From the NCBI GenBank assembly GCA_012862495.1, contig BLSG01000377.1, positions 208,793-272,792 on the forward strand: 64,000 nucleotides of DNA, in the 5' to 3' direction. Origin of the DNA: Thraustochytrium aureum. Its lineage: Eukaryota. Each line of letters begins with the position of its first letter. The first letter of the stretch is position 1. Shown here in pieces: positions 59,332 to 64,000 of this stretch. Below the pieces are notes generated by a model, which was given only the letters and a program-made list of their open reading frames with translations, ran no database searches and was not told where the DNA came from. A program made the position numbers and the translations under genes.

Positions 59332-61348
59332 ATGCTCTCTGCCATTCGGCGGAGCGTCGAGCGGACCAAGGGGGCCAACGCGCAAAAGACCGCGAAAGAC
59401 CAGCCTTGGAAGGCCGAGTACCACAAACTCCTCATCTGCGATAACGGGCGCGACAACTCGCCCGAGACGTTCACTCGCGGCGAGTCGCCCAGCGAGATCG
59501 CATACTTTATCAGCCAGTCGAGGTCGCCCGGCCACAAAGATGTCGGCCAAGACGCCATGGCGACCGCTCAGCACGGCGACTGGGAGTGCAATGTCCTCTG
59601 TGACGGGCACGACCGTGACGGCCATCTTGTCGCCCGCGCGGTTTGCATGACCCTTCCGCACATTGTGCTGCGCAAGGTCTTTGAGCGGCTGGACCCCTCC
59701 AAGCGAATCGAGGCTTCGCTCCTCAAGCAGGCCTTCGAAGAGTGTGCCAACACGATCGCGTGGACCTCTGAAGGTGTCAAGACGGGCATGTTTGTCAAGG
59801 TCTTTGGCGGCGTTTGGAAGGACAAGGTCGGCTACGTGGGCGACTCGCGCGACGGGTAAGTTCGCTCCGCTAGTTGCCCGCCACACCCAACACACACACA
59901 CACACACACACGCACATGCGCCTTGTGCAGTGCAGTCCCAGGGAGTGTCCCAATGGGAAGTTGACTAACGCTGCTGTCTGCGCCGAAATCAAATCAGGAC
60001 GAGTGCCGTGGTGATCATCGTCGACGCAAACGGATACCACAGGCCCACAATCGACAACAAGCACCTCAAGCGCGCAAAGTACACCGGAGGTTCCACATGC
60101 ATCTGCCTGATTCGCAACCTCAGAACGGGCGACGCTCGCATCGGGTTCACGGGCGACTCGCGCGCACTCATCCTCCACACGCAAGGGTTTGACGACCCTG
60201 TCATGCGCCCTGTTTTCGGGCTCCAGACATACGACAAAGGCGGCCGAGCCATGAAAGCCCCGATGGGTATTACTTCCCCAGCACACAACGTATTCAGCAA
60301 AGACGAGCTCGTGCGACTCAACACCCACCACGCCGGGGCGTTCGAGATTGACGGAGCCTTCCTCGTCAACCCTGTGACCAAGTTTGCCATTCAGCCCACA
60401 CGGGGTTTTGGCGACTTTGACATGTTTGGCACAGGGTACACAAACGAGCCCGAGATCTCCTCGTCGTTCAAACTGGAAAAAGGCACCTTTGTGGTGTGCG
60501 CGTCCGATGGCGTTTTTGATGAGCACGTGTGGAAGGACGACGAGCTCGTCACGTTTTTCGACCAGCACCTGAAAGGCGGCTCCGCAATCACCTCTGTGGT
60601 TGGCGAGATGCTCTACCGCGAGACCCTCGAGCGCAGTTTGGCGGGCGGTTATGTCGACGACATTTCCTTTTTCATGTTCACCGCCCCGGATCCTGCTCCT
60701 GTCACGGAGACTGAGGCTAGCAGCGTCTCGAGCAGCGCCGATGCAGACTCGGCCTCTGAGTCGCCCGAACAGCCCGAGGCAGCGGGGCAGTCCAAGCGCA
60801 AGTCCTCGCGCAAGGGCTCCACTTCGAAAGAGTCCGTTTCGGTGCCAGCCCAAGACGACCCCACAGACGCGAGTGGCAAGCACAAGTCTCTCCCAGCGGG
60901 GACGCGCAAGAGCCTGCTGAGTGGTCTGCTCAAGAAGAAGTCCAAGTCAAAGGCGTCCAAGCACAAGTCAGAGCACGCCGCAGCGAGCATGGCGGCAGAG
61001 GACGTCGACCCCGGCCTGCTGGTCACGAAGCCGGACATCGACAAGCCGAACCCGGAGGATCGCCGCAAGACGATCGACCGGAAGGAGCGCGGCTCGTTCA
61101 CCGAGCTCTCCAACATGCTCAAGGACGAGATGACTAGCCGCGGCAACGGGGTGGGCCAGTCCGAGGACCAGACCTCTGACGAGCTCGCCACGATTGTCTT
61201 GCAGCGCTACGCTTCTCGATACGGCCACTCGCTCGAGGACATTGACGTCGGCCGCGAGGTGCGCACCGAGGCTGCCCGTAAGGGAGCGCGCCTCTCCGCA
61301 CGCATTACCAAGCGAGAACCCTCAAGCGACGAAGAAGAGGGTGCCTAA
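59332..61348 (+). CDS. PPM/PP2C protein phosphatase with a KOW-like insert and basic/acidic tail; intron 59856-59997
   Basis: GQDA, LCDGH, GGST, GDSRA, TRGFGD, ASDGVFD and DDIS. The GTAAGT..(CA)n..GACTAAC..CAG intron splices in frame. Confidence 0.88.
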
Positions 61349-61999
61349 GTCTTTGCTTGGTCAACCCCGGTTGACATGTCACACGCTGTGGCAATTGAGG
61401 CGCGCGTGCGCTGTGCCGACATGTCTTCCCGTCCCTAGGGCGCGCGCTTGTGCTGCTTCGTCCGGCTTTCCTTGCGTCGCGTGCCCTTCGCTGTGTTTGT
61501 GTGGTGGACTGCTTGCGTTCAAGCGGTCCTCGTGTTCGTTTTTGGCCAACGCTGCTTGCGTGGTTGTTGCTGTCAGAGTCGTCGACCATGGCACGAAAAT
61601 GCGATGTGAGCCAAGGGTTTGTGCGAGCCTATCAAAAATTGAAGATAACTACCTACCGATCCGAGTCGTTCGCTTTTGCTGCGCATTTTGCTGCGCTCCT
61701 CGTTGTGGTCCACTTCAGTTCAGAATTCAGAACTCAGAGAATTTCAGTCAGATTCAGAAACTTGACTGCACTGTGTCCGATCCTCATTCATTCACAATTC
61801 ACAACAGCTCGTTTCACACTTTGGTGCTGCAGTGCCAGCGCCAGTGCAGGAGGCGCGGCGCGCGGGCAGGCTCAGCTCTTCACGCACAGAAGGACGCGCG
61901 CGCCTCTCCAAAACGCCCCTATCAGCTTGGGCCAGCCCCTCTCTGATTGTGCGCGCCGCCACGTCAAGCGGCTCAAACCGCCGCAAAGGAATCGGTCCC

Positions 62000-63881
62000 A
62001 TGGCCTGCTCTGCCGCAGAGGTGCACGACCTCACGCGCAAGACATTCTTCAAGCCGACAAACTGCGACGACTGTGGCAAGCTCCTCGTCGGCCTCGTTGA
62101 CCAAGGCCTGCATTGTCGCCTGTGCGGAGCAAACCTGCACAGCGCATGCTCTCGAGCCACAACGACAAGGCCGACCCCCAAACCGGACGACGAACGTCTT
62201 GCGCGCAGCCTGGGCAGCGACAGCGTCGACTATCCACATTCTTTCGCCTCTGCCACTTTTGTCAAGCCAACTGATTGCGCAGTTTGCTCCAAGCTGCTCC
62301 TTGGCCTGCACAAGCAGGGCTTGCGGTGCCAGGTTTGCGGAGTCGCTGTTCACCAGCAATGTGCGACTGCGTCACACCAGCATTTTCCATGCGCTGCAGC
62401 AAGCGCACGGGCATACTGCTCCCCAACGCAAAGCGCCCACCCCGGGGCAAACAGACTGCTGGAATCCGAGCCCGACGAAGGCGCGCTTGCGTCCGCCTCC
62501 TTGCTCGGGCACACGTTCGAGGCGAAAACGTTCGCGAGGCCAACCGATTGCACCGTCTGCGGTAAAATCATGCTCGGCGTATACAAGCAAGGACTCGAGT
62601 GCCGCTTGTGTCACGTAGTAGCGCACAAGAGCTGCGCCGCGCAAGCGTTCCGCGGCGAGCCGTGTCCCGGCGAGCCGCCTCGCGAGACTAGCTCTGGCTC
62701 AACCAAAGCGCAAGTCAGAACTCCACTTCTGGACGTCGGGGACTACGAATACAACGATGAGGAGCCAGCACACTGCGTGCAAGCCGCGCATCCGGTTGAG
62801 AGCCAAAGCCTGGCGGGCACAACTGCTGCTCCGAGTCGCCGGCAAGCGCCTTCAAAGCGGCCACCGGCACCGCACAAACCGGGGCCTTCAGTGTCCTCCG
62901 TGACATCCGGCACCTCACCCCCCGGAGTGGGATAGAGCACTTGGTGCGTTGCGCGATGAGCTCGCGCGGGGCATCCAGAACGTGGACCGCTTCGTCGACG
63001 AATTCGTCACGAGCGCCGGAGCCGCCGCCGAGGAGCGCTTTCTGGCAGTCGATTCCGAGGTCGAAAAGACGGTACACAACGTGAACCAAGTCACGCAGCA
63101 AGCGGTGGACAAGATCGAACGCGACGGAGTGGCGCGCACAATCGTACAAGGGCTGCGCGCTGGCACGGAAACCATGATTGGCGCCATTACCAAGGCCGGA
63201 AATGACGTACAGACCTCGTTGCCTCGAGGCACTTCAATTGACGTTGACCCCGAGACCCTGGCAGCTCTCGAGTCAGCGGCGCGCAGCGCCTGCGCCATCG
63301 GTGAAACTTGCAAACAGGGCGCGGATGCGTTGTCAGAAGCAACAATCCGAGGGGCAGAAAGGGTTTCCCAGATGGAAGAGTTGAAAGCTTTGCGCAGCGA
63401 CGTCGACGCCGACCCCGAGCTGCGCAGGGCCTTTGACAAAGTCGCGCAAGGGATTGCAGGGGCCGGGGAGGTTGCGAACGAGTTTTACGACTCGGTGGCC
63501 AAGGTCGGCACAGCCACCGGTGAGACGGCAGTAAAGACGTCAGATCACTTGTACGGCGGAAAGGTCGCCCGTGCCACTGCTGCGACGTGTTCGATTGCCG
63601 GTTCTGGGTACACGGCCTACGCAACAGTGACTGGCGTCCTGACTGGGAGGTTGCTCCTCAATACTCCGTTGCAGACCGCTCCACAATGGACATTGCGCGA
63701 ACCGGTCGTTTTCGACGGTTGCATGTATGCGACCGTGTTTCGTGGGCTTGGTTTTCGCGCGATCACGCCCTTGCAGCGCCTTGTTCTCACAAGCGAGGCG
63801 TGCGGTGCGGTATTACAAGCGGAGATGGCGGGACTGGCTCCGACTCTCCAAGGGGCGATGGGCAAGGCCCAGGAAAGCTAG
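62000..63881 (+). CDS. Three C1 (DAG/phorbol-binding) domains plus a Senescence/spartin-like domain; frameshift near 62920, C-terminus uncertain
   Basis: Three H-x12-C-x2-C-x13-C-x2-C-x4-H-x2-C units (e.g. TFFKPTNCDDCGKLLVGLVDQGLHCRLC). Downstream amphipathic region with TAVKTSDHLYGGKVARATAATCSIAG. Confidence 0.7.
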
Positions 63882-64000
63882 CTAGTCCATTGAAGGACAG
63901 CCGTTCAGTTGGAGATCGGTTATCGTAACATGGTTTTATCTTCAGCACGCGGCCACTATCGGGGCAGGGCTGCCCTCTTGGCACTTGCCCTTTCTCTCCA

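Overview
This is gene-dense, intron-poor, GC-rich eukaryotic DNA from a draft assembly. It has many N gaps, short GT-AG introns with CTRAC branch points, and about 19 single-base frameshifts, mostly at short homopolymers. Gene style and content suggest a heterotrophic stramenopile such as a thraustochytrid/labyrinthulomycete; this is inference only. About 26 protein-coding genes can be reconstructed. Lipid/GPI-related: peroxisomal acyl-CoA oxidase, PIG-W, neutral ceramidase, GH36 alpha-galactosidase, nucleotide-sugar transporter, PIG-F and a cytochrome-b5 front-end desaturase. Housekeeping/signalling: receptor-type class III nucleotide cyclase, DedA-like protein, PMCA Ca2+-ATPase, mitochondrial uS15, MnSOD, Rho/Rac GTPase, EF-hand/TPR protein, TBCB, pescadillo, KNL2/M18BP1 and NirB-NirD nitrite reductase. 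Unusual architectures: WW/EF-hand/pseudokinase, TBCC-domain plus clathrin light chain, SAP30 plus SGF29, a double tetraspanin-like protein, PP2C with a KOW-like insert, and triple C1 plus Senescence domain. The most striking unexplained structure is a non-coding array at 7679-8111, between the divergent PIG-W and ceramidase genes. It has at least 8 co-oriented copies of a bipartite motif, CGACACAG-N11-12-TGACG, with variable inner sequences and variable linkers, and it runs into an assembly gap.
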